This document shows positions 1 to 16,769 of a DNA stretch of 64,000 bases, piece by piece. Position 1 is the first letter of the stretch. Every line of letters starts with the position of its first letter. Position numbers and translations under genes: made by a program. The notes beneath the pieces are model-generated. The model searched no databases and had not been told where the DNA came from. It saw nothing but the letters and a program-made list of their open reading frames with translations. The stretch spans positions 119,412,001 to 119,476,000 of the forward strand of contig OZ024744.1 of assembly GCA_964016885.1 (NCBI GenBank), in the 5' to 3' direction. Origin of the DNA: Eledone cirrhosa. Taxonomy: Eukaryota.

Positions 1-3000
1 TACTACCTTGATGGCACCTACACTACTACCACTACCACTACTACCTTGATGGCACCTACACTACTACTACTACTACTACTACTACCTTGATGTCACTTAC
101 ACTACTACTACTACCACTACTACCTTGATGGCACCTACACTACTACTACTACCACTACTACCATGATGGCACCTACACTACTACTACTACCACTACTACT
201 ACCTTGATGGCACCTACACTACTACTACCACTACTACCTTGATGGCACCTACACTACTACTACTACTACCTTGATGGCACCTACACTACTACAACTACCA
301 CTACTACCTTCATGGCACCTACACTACTACTACCACTACTACCTTGATGGCACCTACACTACTACTACTACCAGTACTACCTTGATGGCATCTACACTAC
401 TACTACTACCACTACTACCTTGATGGCACCTACACTACTACTACTACCCATACTACCTTGATGGCACCTACACTACTACTACTACCACTACTACCTTGAT
501 GGCACCTACACTACTACTACCACTACCACTACTACCTTGATGGCACATACACTACTACTACTACCACTACTAACTTGATGGCACCTACATTACTACTACT
601 ACTACCTTGATGGCACCTACACTACTACTACTACCACTACTACCTTGATGGCATCTACACTACTACTACTACCACTACTACCTTGATGGCACCTACACTA
701 CTACTACTACCCATACTACCTTGATGGCACCTACACTACTACCACTACCACTACTACCTTGATGGCACATACACTACTACTACTACCATTACTACCTTGA
801 TGGCACCTACACTACTACTACTACCACTACTACTACCACTACCTTCATGGCAACTACACTACTACCACTACTACTACCTTGATGGTACCTATTCTACTAC
901 CACTACTACTACTACCTTGATGGCACCTACACTACTACTACTACCACTACTACCTTGAGGGCACCTCCACTACTACTACTACTACTACTACATTTATGGC
1001 ACCTACACTACTACTACTACCACTACTACCTTGATGGCACCTACACTACTACTACTACTACTACCTTGTGGGACCTACACTACTACTACCACTACTACCT
1101 TGATGGCACCTACACTACAACTACTACTACCTTGATGTCACCTACACTACTACTACTACTACTACCTTGAGGGAACCTACACTACTACTACTAATACTAC
1201 TACTACCTTGATGGTACCTACACTACTACTACTACTACCTTAATGGCACCTACACTACTACTACTACCACTACTACCTTGATGGCACCTACACTACTATT
1301 ACTACCACTATTACCTTGATGGCACCTACACTACTACTGCTACCACTACTTCATTGATGGTACCTACACTACTACCACCACTACTACAACCACTACTACC
1401 TTGATGGCACCTACACTACTACTACCACTACTACATTGATGGTACCTACACTACTACCACTAATACCTTGATGCCACCTACACTACTACTACTACCACTA
1501 CTACCTTGATGGCACCTACAGTACTACTACTACCACTACTAGCTTGATGGCACCTACACTACTACTACTACTACTACCTTGATGTCACCTACACTACTAC
1601 TACTACTACTACCTTGATGGCACCTACACTACTACTACTACCACTACTAGCTTGATGGCACCTACACTACTACTACTACTACTACTACTACCTTGATGTC
1701 ACCTACACTACTACTACTACTACTACCTTGATGGTACCTATACTACTACAACTACCACTACTACCTTGATGGCACCTACCTACTACTACTACCACTACTA
1801 CCTTGATGGCACCTACACGACTACTACTACCACTACTACCTTCATGGCACCTACACTACTACTTCTACTACTACCTTGATGTCACCTACACTACTACTAC
1901 TACTACTAGCTTGATGGCACCTACACTACTACTACTACTACTACTACTACCTTGATGTCACCTACACTACTACTACTACAACTACCTTGATGGCACCTAC
2001 ACTACTACTACTACTACCACTACTACCTTGATGGCACCTACACTACTACTACCACTACTACCTTGATGGCACCTACACTACTACTACCACTACTACCTTG
2101 ATGGCACCTACACTACTACATTGATGGCACCTACACTACTACTACCACTATTACCTTGATGTCACCTACACTACTACTACTACCACTACTACCTTGATGG
2201 CACCTACACTACTACTACTACCACTACTAGCTTGATGGCACCTACACTACTACTACTACTACTACCTTGATGTCACCTACACTACTACTACTACTACTAC
2301 CTTGATGGCACCTACACTACTACTACTACCACTACTACCTTGATGGCATCTACACTACTACTACTACCACTACTACCTTGATGGCACCTACACTACTACT
2401 ACTACCCATACTACCTTGATGGCACCTACACTACTACTACTACCACTACTACCTTGATGGCACCTACACTACTAGTACCACTACCACTACTACCTTGATG
2501 GCACATACACTACTACTACTACCACTACTAACTTGATGGCACCTACATTACTACTACTACCACTACTGCCTTGATGGCACCTACACTACTAGTACCACTA
2601 CCACTACTACCTTGATGGCACCTACACTACTACTACTACCATTACTACCTTGATGGCACCTACACTACTACTACTACCACTACTACTACCACTACCTTCA
2701 TGGCAACTACACTACTACCACTACTACTACCTTGATGGTACCTATTCTACTACCACTACTACTACTACCTTGATGGCACCTACACTACTACTACTACCAC
2801 TACTACCTTGAGGGCACCTCCACTACTACTACTACTACTACTACATTTATGGCACCTACACTACTACTACTACCACTACTACCTTGATGGCACCTACACT
2901 ACTACTACTACTACTACCTTGTGGAACCTACACTACTACTACCACTACTACCTTGATGGCACCTACACTACAACTACTACTACCTTGATGACACCTACAC

Positions 3001-6000
3001 TACTACTACCACTACTACCTTGATGGCACCTACACTACTACTACCACTACTACCTTGATGGCACCTACACTACTACTACCACTACTACATTGATGGCACC
3101 TACACTACTACTACCACTATTACCTTGATGGCACCTACACTACTACTACCACTACTTCCTTGATGGCACCTACACTACTACTACTACCACTACTACCTAG
3201 ATTGCACCTACAATACTACAACCACTACTACCTTGATGGCACCTACACTACTACTACTACTACTAGCACTACTACCTTGATGGTACCTACACTACTACTA
3301 CTACCACTACTACCTTGATGGCACCTACACTACTACTACCACTACTACCTTGATGGCACCTACACTACTCCTACAACTACTACCTTCATGGCACATACAC
3401 TACTACTACCACTACTACCTTGATGTCACCTACACTACTACTACCACAACTACCTTGATGGCACCTACACTACTCCTACTACTACTACCTTGATGGCACC
3501 TACACTACTACTACCACTACCACTACTACCTTGATGGCACCTACACTACTACTGCTACCACTACTACCTTGAGGCACCTACACTACTACTACTACCACTA
3601 CCACTACTACATTGATGGCACCTACATTACTACTACTACCACTACTACTACCTTGATGGCACCTACACTACTACTACCACTACTACCTTGATGGCACCTA
3701 AACTACTACCACTACCACGTTGATGGTACCTACACTACTACTACTACCACTACCACTACTACCTTGCTGGCACCTACACTACTACTACCACTACTACCTT
3801 GATGGCACCTACACTACTACTACTACCACTACTACCTTCATGGCACCTACACTACTACGTCTACCACTACTACCTTGATGGCACCTACACTACTACTACT
3901 ACAAACTACCACTACTACATTCATGGCACCTACACTACTACTACTACCACTACTTCCTTGATTGCACCTACACTACTACCATTACTACTACTTCCTTGAT
4001 GGAACCTACACTACTACTACCACTACTACATTGATGGCACCTACATTACTACTACTACCACTACTACTACCTTGATGGCACCTACACTACTACTACCACT
4101 ACCACGTTGATGGTACCTACACTACTACTACTACCACTACCACTACTACCTTGATGGCACCTACACTACTATACTACTACTACCTTGCTGGCACCTACAC
4201 TACTACTACCACTACTACCTTGATGGCACCTACACTACTACTACTACCACTACTACCTTCATGGCACCTACACTACTACTACTACTACTACCTTGATGGC
4301 ACCTACACTACTACTACTACCACTACTACCTTCATGGCACCTATACTACTACGTCTACCACTACTACCTTGATGGCACCTACACTACTACTACTACAAAC
4401 TACTACCTTGATGGCACCTACACTACTACTTCTACTACCACTACTACCTTCATGGCACCTACACTACTACTACCACTACTACCTTGATGGCACCTACACT
4501 ACTACTACTACTACTACCTTGATGGCACCTACACTACTACTACTACTACTACCTTGCTGGCACCTACACTACTACTACCACTACTACCTTGATGGCACCT
4601 ACACTACTACTACTACCACTACTACCTTCATGGCACCTACACTACTACTACTACTACTACCTTGATGGCACCTACACTACTACTACTACCACTACTACCT
4701 TCATGGCACCTATACTACTACGTCTACCACTACTACCTTGATGGCACCTACACTACTACTACTACAAACTACTACCTTGATGGCACCTACACTACTACTT
4801 CTACTACCACTACTACCTTCATGGCACCTACACTACTACTACCACTACTACCTTGATGGCACCTACACTACTACTACTACTACTACCTTCATGGCACCTA
4901 CACTACTACTACCACTACTACCTTGATGGCACCTACACTACTACTACTACTACTACCTTCATGGCACCTACACTACTACTACTACCACTACTACCTTGAT
5001 GGCACCTACACTACTACTACCACTACTACCTTGATGGCACCTACACTACTACTACCACTACTACCTTGATGGCACCTACACTACTACTACTACCCATACT
5101 ACCTTGATGGCACCTACACTACTACTACTACCACTACTACCTTGATGGCACCTACACTACTACTACTACTACCACTACTAGCTTGATGGCACCTACACTA
5201 CTACTACTACTACTACCACCTTGATGGCACCTACACTACTACTACTACTACTACTACTACCTTGATGTCACCTACACTACTACTACTACTACTACTACCT
5301 TGATGGCACCTACACTACTACTACTACCCATACTACCTTGATGGCACCTACACTACTACTACTACCACTACTACCTTGATGGCACCTACACTACTACTAC
5401 CACTACCACTACTACCTTGATGGCACCTACACTACTACTACTACTACTACCTTGATGGCACCTACACTACTACTACTACTACTACCTTGATGGCACCTAC
5501 ACTACTACTACTACTACTACCTTGATGGCACCTACACTACTACTACTACTACTACCTTGATGGCACCTACACTACTACTACCACTACCACTACTACCTTG
5601 ATGGCACCTACACTACTACTACTACTACCACTACTACCTTGATGGCACCTACACTACTACTACTACTACTACCACCTTGATGGCACCTACACTACTACTA
5701 CCACTACTACCTTGATGGCACCTACACTACTACTACTACTACTACCTTGATGGCACCTACACTACTACTACTACTACTACCTTGATGGCACCTACACTAC
5801 TACTACCACTACCACTACTAGCTTGATGGCAACTACACTACTACTACTACTACTACCACCTTGATGGCACCTACACTACTACTACTACTACTACCTTGAT
5901 GTCACCTACACTACTACTACTACTACTACCTTGATGGCACCTACACTACTACTACTACCACTACTACCTTGATGGCACCTACACTACTACTACTACCCAT

Positions 6001-9000
6001 ACTACCTTGATGGCACCTACACTACTACTACTACCACTACTACCTTGATGGCACCTACACTACTACTACCTTGATGGCACCTACACTACTACTACCACTA
6101 CTACCTTGATGGCACCTACACTACCACTACTACTACTACCTTGATGGCACCTACACTACTACTACTACTACCACTACAAACTTGATGGCACCTACACTAC
6201 TACTACTACCACTACTACCTTGATGGCACCTACACTACTACTACTACTACTACTACATTTATGGCACCTACACTACTACTACTACTACTACTACCTTGTG
6301 GAACATACACTACTACTACCACTACTACCTTGATGGCACCTACACTACTACTACTACTACTACTACCTTGATGTCACCTACACTACTACTACTACTACTA
6401 CCTTGATGGCACCTACACTACTACTACTACTACTACTACCTTGAGGGAACCTACACTACTACTACCACTACTACCTTGATGACACCTACACTACTACTAC
6501 CACTACTACCTTGATGTCACCTACACTACTACTACTACTACTACCTTGATGGCACCTACACTACTACTACCACTACTACCTTGATGGCACCTACACTACT
6601 ACTACCACTATTACCTTGATGGCACCTACACTACTACTACCACTACTTCCTTGATGGCACCTACACTACTACTACTACCACTACTACCTAGATTGCACCT
6701 ACAATACTACAACCACTACTACCTTGATGGCACCTACACTACTACTACTACTACTAGCACTACTACCTTGATGGTACCTACACTACTACTACTACAACTA
6801 CTACCTTGATGGCACCTACACTACTACTACCACTACTACCTTGATAGCACCTACACTACTCCTACTACTACTACCTTGATGGCACCTACACTACTACTGC
6901 TACCACTACTACCTTGAGGCACCTACACTACTACTACTACTACCTTGATGGCACCTACACTACTACTACTACCACTACCACTACTACCTTCATGGCACCT
7001 ACACTACTACTACTACCATTACTACTACTTCCTTGATGGAACCTACACTACTACTACCACTACTACATTGATGGCACCTACATTACTACTACTACCACTA
7101 CTACTACCTTGATGGCACCTACACTACTACTACCACTACTACCTTGATGGCACCTACACTACTACTACTACCACTACTACATTGATGGCACCTACACTAC
7201 TACTACTACCACTACTACTACCTTGATGGCACCTACACTACTACTACTACCACTACTACTACCTTGATGGCACCTACACTACTACTACCACTACTACCTT
7301 GATGGCACCTACACTACTACTACTACTACTACTACCCTGAAGGCACCTACACTACTACTACTACCACTACTACCTTGATAGCACCTACACTACTACTACT
7401 ACCTTGATGGCACCTACACTACTACACTACTACCTTGATGGCACCTACACTACTACTACTACCGCTACTACCTTGATGGCCCCTACACTACTACTACTAC
7501 CACTACTACCTTGATGGCACCTACACTACTACTACTACTACTACTACCCTGAAGGCACCTACACTACTACTACTACCACTACTACCTTGATGGCACCTAC
7601 ACTACTACTACTACCACTACTACCTTGATGGCACCTACACTACTACTACTACCTTGATGGCACCTACACTACTACACTACTACCTTGATGGCCCCTACAC
7701 TACTACCACTACCACTACTACCTTGATGGCACCTACTTTACTACCACTACCACTACTACCTTGATAGACCTACATTACTACTACTATCACTACTACCTTG
7801 ATGGCACCTACACTACTACTACTACTACCTTGATGGCACCTACACTACTACTACCACTACTACCTTGATAGCACCTACACTACTACTACTACCACTACTA
7901 CCTTGATGGCACCTACACTACTACTACCACTACCACTACTACCTTGATGGCACCTACACTACTACTACCACTACCACTACTACCTTGATGGCACCTACAC
8001 TACTACTACTACCACTACTACCTTGATGGCACCTACACTACTACTACTACCACTACTACCTTGATGGCACCTACACTACTACTACCTTGATGGCACCTAC
8101 ACTACTACCACTACTACCTTGATGGCACCTACACTACTACTACTACCACTACCTTAATGGCACCTACCCTACTACTACCACTACTACCTTGATGGCATCT
8201 ACACTACTACTACTACCACTACTACTACCTTGATGGCACCTACACTACTACTACCACTACTACCTTGATGGCACCTGCACTACTACTACTACTACTACTA
8301 CCCTGAAGGCACCTACACTACTACTACTACCACTACTACCTTGATGGCACCTACACTACTACTACTACCACTACTACCTTGATGGCACCTACACTACTAC
8401 TACTACCTTGATGGCACCTACACTACTACTACTACCGCTACTACCTTGATGGCCCCTACACTACTACTACTACCACTACTACCTTGATAGCACCTACACT
8501 ACTACTACTACCTTGATGGCACCTACACTACTACACTACTACCTTCATGGCACCTACACTACTACTACTACCGCTACTACCTTGATGGCCCCTACACTAC
8601 TACTACTACCACTACTACCTTGATGGCACCTACACTACTACTACTACTACTACTACCCTGAAGGCACCTACACTACTACTACTACCACTACTACCTTGAT
8701 GGCACCTACACTACTACTACTACCACTACTACCTTGATGGCACCTACACTACTACTACTACTACTACTACTACCTTGATGGCACCTACACTACTACACTA
8801 CTACCTTGATGGCCCCTACACTACTACTACTACCACTACTACCGTGATAGCACCTACACTACTACCACTACCACTACTACCTTGATGGCACCTACACTAC
8901 TACTACTACCACAACTACCTTGATGGCACCTACACTACTACTACTACCACAACTACCTTGATGGCACCTACACTACTTCTACTACCACTACTACCTTGAT

Positions 9001-12000
9001 GGCACCTACACTACTACTACTACTACTACTACCTTGATGTCACCTACACTACTACTACTACCACTACTACCTTGATAGACCTACATTACTACTACTACCA
9101 CTACCACGTTGATGGTACCTACACTACTATACTACTACTACTACCTTGATGGCACCTACACTACTACTACTACTACTACTACCTTGATGGCACCTACACT
9201 ACTACTACTACCACTACTACCTTGATGGCACCTACACTACTACTACTACTACTACTACCTTGATGGCACCTACACTACTACCACTACCACTACTACCTTG
9301 ATGGCACCTACACTACTACTACTACCACAACTACCTTGATGGCACCTACACTACTACTACTACCACTACTACCTTGATGGCACCTACACTACTACTACTA
9401 CCACAACTACCTTGATGGCACCTACACTACTTCTACTACCACTACTACCTTGATGGCACCTACACTACTACTACTACTACTACTACCTTGATGTCACCTA
9501 CACTACTACTACTACCACTACTACCTTGATGGCACCTACACTACTACTACTACTACTACTACCTTGATGGCACCTACACTACTACCACTACCACAACTAC
9601 CTTGATGGCACCTACACTACTACTACTACCACAACTACCTTGATGGCACCTACACTACTACTACTACTACTACTACCTTGATGGCACCTACACTACTTCT
9701 ACTACCACTACTACCTTGATGGCACCTACACTACTACTACTACTACTACTACCTTGATGTCACCTACACTACTACTACTACCACTACTACCTTGATGGCA
9801 CCTACACTACTACTACTACCACTACTACCTTGATGGCACCTACACTACTACTACTACAACCACTACTACCTTGATTGCACCTACACTACTACTACTACTA
9901 CTACTACCTTGATGGCACCTACACTACTACTACTACCTCTACTACCTTGATGGCACCTACACTACTACTACTACCACTACTACTACTACCTTCATGGCAC
10001 CTACACTACTACTACAACCACTACTACCTTGATGGCCCCTACACTACTACTACTACCACTACTACCTTGATGGCACATACACTACTACTACTACCACTAC
10101 TACCTTGATGGCACATACACTACTACTACAACCACTACTGCCTTGATGGCACCTACACTACTACTACTACTACTACTACTACTACCTTGATGGCACATAC
10201 ACTACTACCACTACCACTACTACCTTGGTGGCACCTACACTACTACTACTACTACTACCACTACTACCTTGATGGCACCTACACTACTACTACCACTACC
10301 ACTACTACCTTGATGGCACCTACACTACTACTACAACCACTACTACCTTGATGGCCCCTACACTACTACTACTACCACTACTACCTTGATGGCACCTACA
10401 CTACTACTACTACCACTACTACCTTGATGTCACCTACACTACTACTACTACCACTACTACCTTGATGGCACCTACACTACTCCTACTACTACTACTACCT
10501 TGATGGCACCTACACTACTACTACTACCACTACTACCTGGAAAGCACCTACACTACTACTTCTACCTTGATGGCACCTACACTACTACTACCACTACCAC
10601 TACTACCTTGATGGCACCTACACTACTACTACCACTACCACTACTACCTTGATGGCACCTACACTACTACTACCACTACCACTACTACCTTGATGGCACC
10701 TACACTACTACTACTACCACTACTACCTTGATGGCACATACACTACTGCTACTACCACTACTACTACTATATTGATGGCACCTACACTACTACTACTACC
10801 ACTACTACCTTGATGGCACATACACTACTACTACAACCACTACTACCTTGATGGCACCTACACTACTACCACTACCACTACTACCTTGGTGGCACCTACA
10901 CTACTACTACTACTACTACCACTACTTCCTTGATGGCACCTACCCTCCTACTACTACTACTACCTTGATGGCACCTACACTTCTACTACTACCACTACTG
11001 CCTTGTTGGCACCTACACTACTACTACTACCACTACTACCATGATGGCACCTACACTACTACTACCACTACTACCTTGATGGCACCTACACTACTACTTC
11101 TACCTTGATTGCACCTACACTACTACTACCACTACCACTACTACCTTGATGGCACCTACACTACTACTACAACCACTACTACCTTGATGGCCCCTACACT
11201 ACTACTACTACCACTACTACCTTGATGGCACCTACACTACTACTACCACTACTACCTTGATGGCACCTACACTACTACTACTACTACCTTGATGGCACCT
11301 ACACTACTACTACAACCACTACTACCTTGATGGCACCTACACTACTACTACTACCACTACTACCTTGATGGCACCTACACTACTACTACCACTACTCCCT
11401 TGATGGCACCTACACTACTCCTACTACTACTACTACCTTGATGGCACCTACACTACTACTACCAATACTACCTTGATGGCACCTACACTACTACTACTAC
11501 CACTACTACCTGGAAAGCACCTACACTACTACTACTACCTTGATGGCACCTACATTACAACTACTACTACCACACCACTACTACCTTGATGGCACCTACA
11601 CTACTACTACAACCACTACTACCTTGATGGCACCTACACTACTACCACTACCACTACTACCTTGGTGGCACCTACACTACTACTACTACTACTACCACTA
11701 CTTCCTTGATGGCACCTACCCTCCTACTACTACTACTACCTTCATGGCACCTACACTACTACTACTACTACTACTACCTTGATGTCACCTACACTACTAC
11801 TACTACCACTACTACCTTGATGGCACCTACACTACTACTACTACCACTACTACCTTGATGGCACCTACACTACTACTACTACAACCACTACTACCTTGAT
11901 TGCACCTACACTACTACTACTACTACCTCTACTACCTTGATGGCACCTACACTACTACTACTACCACTACTACTACTACCTTCATGGCACCTACACTACT

Positions 12001-15000
12001 ACTACAACCACTACTACCTTGATGGCCCCTACACTACTACTACTACCACTACTACCTTGATGGCACCTACACTACTACCACTACCACTACTATATTGATG
12101 ACACCTACACTACTACTACTACCACTACTACCTTGATGGCACATACACTACTACTACAACCACTACTACCTTGATGGCACCTACACTACTACCACTACCA
12201 CTACTACCTTGATGGCACCTACACTACTACTACTACCACTACTCCCTTGATGGCACCTACACTACTCCTACTACTACTACTACCTTGATGGCACCTACAC
12301 TACTACTACCAATACTACCTTGATGGCACCTACACTACTACTACTACCACTACTACCTGGAAAGCACCTACACTACTACTTCTACCTTGATGGCACCTAC
12401 ACTACTACTACCACTACCACTACTACCTTGATGGCACCTACACTACCACTACAACTGCCACTACTACGTTGATGTCACCCACACTACTACTTCTACCACT
12501 ACTACCTTGATGGCACCTACACTAATACTACCACTACCACTACTACCTTGATGGCACCTACACTACTACTACTACCACTACTACCTTGATGGCACATACA
12601 CTACTGCTACTACCACTACTACTACTATATTGATGGCACCTACACTACTACTACTACCACTACTACCTTGATGGCACATACACTACTACTACAACCACTA
12701 CTGCCTTGATGGCACCTACACTACTACCACTACCACTACTACCTTGATGGCACCTACACTACTACCACTACCACTACTACCTTGGTGGCACCTACACTAC
12801 TACTACTACTACTACCACTACTTCCTTGATGGCACCTACCCTCCTACTACTACTACTACCTTGATGGCACCTACACTTCTACTACTACCACTACTGCCTT
12901 GTTGGCACCTACACTACTACTACTACCACTACTACCATGATGGCACCTACACTACTACTACCACTACTACCTTGATGGCACCTACACTACTACTACTACC
13001 ACTACTCCCTTGATGGCACCTACACTACTCCTACTACTACTACTACCTTGATGGCACCTACACTACTACTACCAATACTACCTTGATGGCACCTACACTA
13101 CTACTACTACCACTACTACCTGGAAAGTACTACACTACTACTTCTACCTTGATGGCACCTACACTACTACTACCACTACCACTACTACCTTGATGGCACC
13201 TACATTACAACTACTACTACCACACCACTACTACCTTGATGGCACCTACACTACTACTACAACCACTACTACCTTGATGGCACATACACTACTACTACAA
13301 CCACTACTACCTTGATGGCACCTACACTACTACCACTACCACTACTACCTTGGTGGCACCTACACTACTACTACCAATACTACCTTGATGGCACATACAC
13401 TACTACTACAACCACTACTACCTTGATGGCCCCTACACTACTACTACTACCACTACTACCTTGATGGCACCTACACTACTACTACCACTACCACTACTAC
13501 CTTGATGGCACATACACTACTACTACCAATACTACCTTGATGGCACCTACACTACTACTACCAATACTACCTTGATGGCACCTACACTACTACTACTACC
13601 ACTACTACCTGGAAAGCACCTACACTACTACTTCTACCTTGATGGCACCTACACTACTACTACCACTACCACTACTACCTTGATGGCACCTACACTACTA
13701 CTACCACTACCACTACTACCTTGATGGCACCTACACTACTACTACCACTACCACTACTACCTTGATGGCACCTACACTACCACTACAACTGCCACTACTA
13801 CGTTGATGTCACCCACACTACTACTTCTACCACTACTACCTTGATGGCACCTACACTAATACTACCACTACCACTACTACCTTGATGGCACCTACACTAC
13901 TACTACTACCACTACTACCTTGATGGCACCTACACTACTACTACTACCACTACTACCTTGATGGCACATACACTACTGCTACTACCACTACTACTACTAT
14001 ATTGATGGCACCTACACTACTACTACTACCACTACTACCTTGATGGCACATACACTACTACTACTACCACTACTACCTTGATGGCACATACACTACTACT
14101 ACAACCACTACTACCTTGATGGCACCTACACTACTACCACTACTACTACTACCTTGATGGCACCTACACTACTACTACTACCACTACTACCTTGATGGCA
14201 CATACACTACTACTACTACCACTACTACCTTGATGGCACATACACTACTACTACAACCACTACTACCTTGATGGCACCTACACTACTACCACTACTACTA
14301 CTACCTTGGTGGCACCTACACTACTACTACTACTACCACTACTTCCTTGATGGCACCTACCCTCCTACTACTACTACTACCTTGATGGCACCTACACTTC
14401 TACTACTACCACTACTGCCTTGTTGGCACCTACACTACTACTACTACCACTACTACCATGATGGCACCTACACTACTACTACCACTACTACCTTGATGGC
14501 ACCTACACTACTACTACCACTACCACTACTACCTTGATGGCACCTACACTACTACTACAACCACTACTACCTTGATGGCACCTACACTACTACTACTACC
14601 ACTACTACCTTGATGGCACCTACACTACTACTACAACCACTACTACCTTGATGGCCCCTACACTACTACTACTACCACTACTACCTTGATGGCACCTACA
14701 CTACTACTACCACTACTACCTTGATGGCACCTACACTACTACTACTACCACTACTCCCTTGATGGCACCTACACTACTCCTACTACTACTACTACCTTGA
14801 TGGCACCTACACTACTACTACCAATACTACCTTGATGGCACCTACACTACTACTACTACCACTACTACCTGGAAAGCACCTACACTACTACTTCTACCTT
14901 GATGGCACCTACACTACTACTACCACTACCACTACTACCTTGATGGCACCTACACTACTACTACCACTACCACTACTACCTTGATGGCACCTACACTACT

Positions 15001-16737
15001 ACTACTACCATTACTACCTTGATGGCACCTACACTACTACTACTACCACTACCACTACTACCTTGATGGCACCTACACTACCACTACAACTGCCACTACT
15101 ACGTTGATGTCACCCACACTACTACTTCTACCACTACTACCTTGATGGCACCTACACTAATACTACCACTACCACTACTACCTTGATGGCACCTACACTA
15201 CTACTACTACCACTACTACCTTGATGGCACCTACACTACTACTACTACCACTACTACCTTGATGGCACCTACACTACTATTACCTTGATGGCACCTACAC
15301 TACTACCACTACTACCTTGATGGCACCTACACTACTACTACTACCACTACCTTAATGGCACCTACCCTACTACTACCACTACTACCTTGATGGCACCTAC
15401 ACTACTACTACTACCACTACTACTACCTTGATGGCACCTACACTACTACTACCACTACTACCTTGATGGCACCTACACTACTACTACTACTACTACTACC
15501 CTGAAGGCACCTACACTACTACTACTACCACTACTACCTTGATCGCACCTACACTACTACTACTACCACTACTACCTTGATGGCACCTACACTACTACTA
15601 CTACCTTGATGGCACCTACACTACTACTACTACCGCTACTACCTTGATGGCCCCTACACTACTACTACTACCACTACTACCTTGATGGCACCTACACTAC
15701 TACTACTACTACTACTACCCTGAAGGCACCTACACTACTACTACTACCACTACTACCTTGATGGCACCTACACTACTACTACTACCACTACTACCTTGAT
15801 GGCACCTACACTACTACTACTACTACTACTACTACCTTGATGGCACCTACACTACTACACTACTACCTTGATGGCACCTACACTACTACTACTACCTTGA
15901 TGGCACCTACACTACTACTACTACCTTGATGGACCCTACACTACTACTACTACCACTACTACCGTGATAGCACCTACTTTACTACCACTACCACTACTAC
16001 CTTGATAGACCTACATTACTACTACTACCACTACCACGTTGATGGCACCTACACTACTACTACTACCACTACTACCTTGATGGCACCTACACTACTATAC
16101 TACCACTACTACCTTGATGGCACCTACTTTACTACCACTACCACTACTACCTTGATGGCACCTACACTACTACTACTACTACTACTACCTTGATGTCACC
16201 TACACTACTACCACTACCACTACTACCTTGATGGCACCTACACTACCACTACAACTGCCACTGCTACGTTGATGTCACCCACACTACTACTTCTACCACT
16301 ACTACCTTGATGGCACCTACACTACTACTACTACTACTACTACCTTGATGTCACCTACACTACTACCACTACCACTACTACCTTGATGGCACCTACACTA
16401 CCACTACAACTGCCACTGCTACGTTGATGTCACCCACACTACTACTTCTACCACTACTACCTTGATGGCACCTACACTACTACTACCACTACCACTACTA
16501 CCTTGATGGCACCTACACTACTACTACTACCACTACTACCTTGATGGCACCTACACTACTACTACTACCACTACTACCTTGATGGCACCTACACTACTAC
16601 TACTACCACTACTACCTTGATGGCACCTACACTACAACTACTACCACTACCTTAATGGCACCTACCCTACTACTACCACTACTACCTTGATGGCACCTAC
16701 ACTACTACCACTACCACTACAACCTTGTTGGCACCTT

Positions 16738-16769
<32 letters not shown>

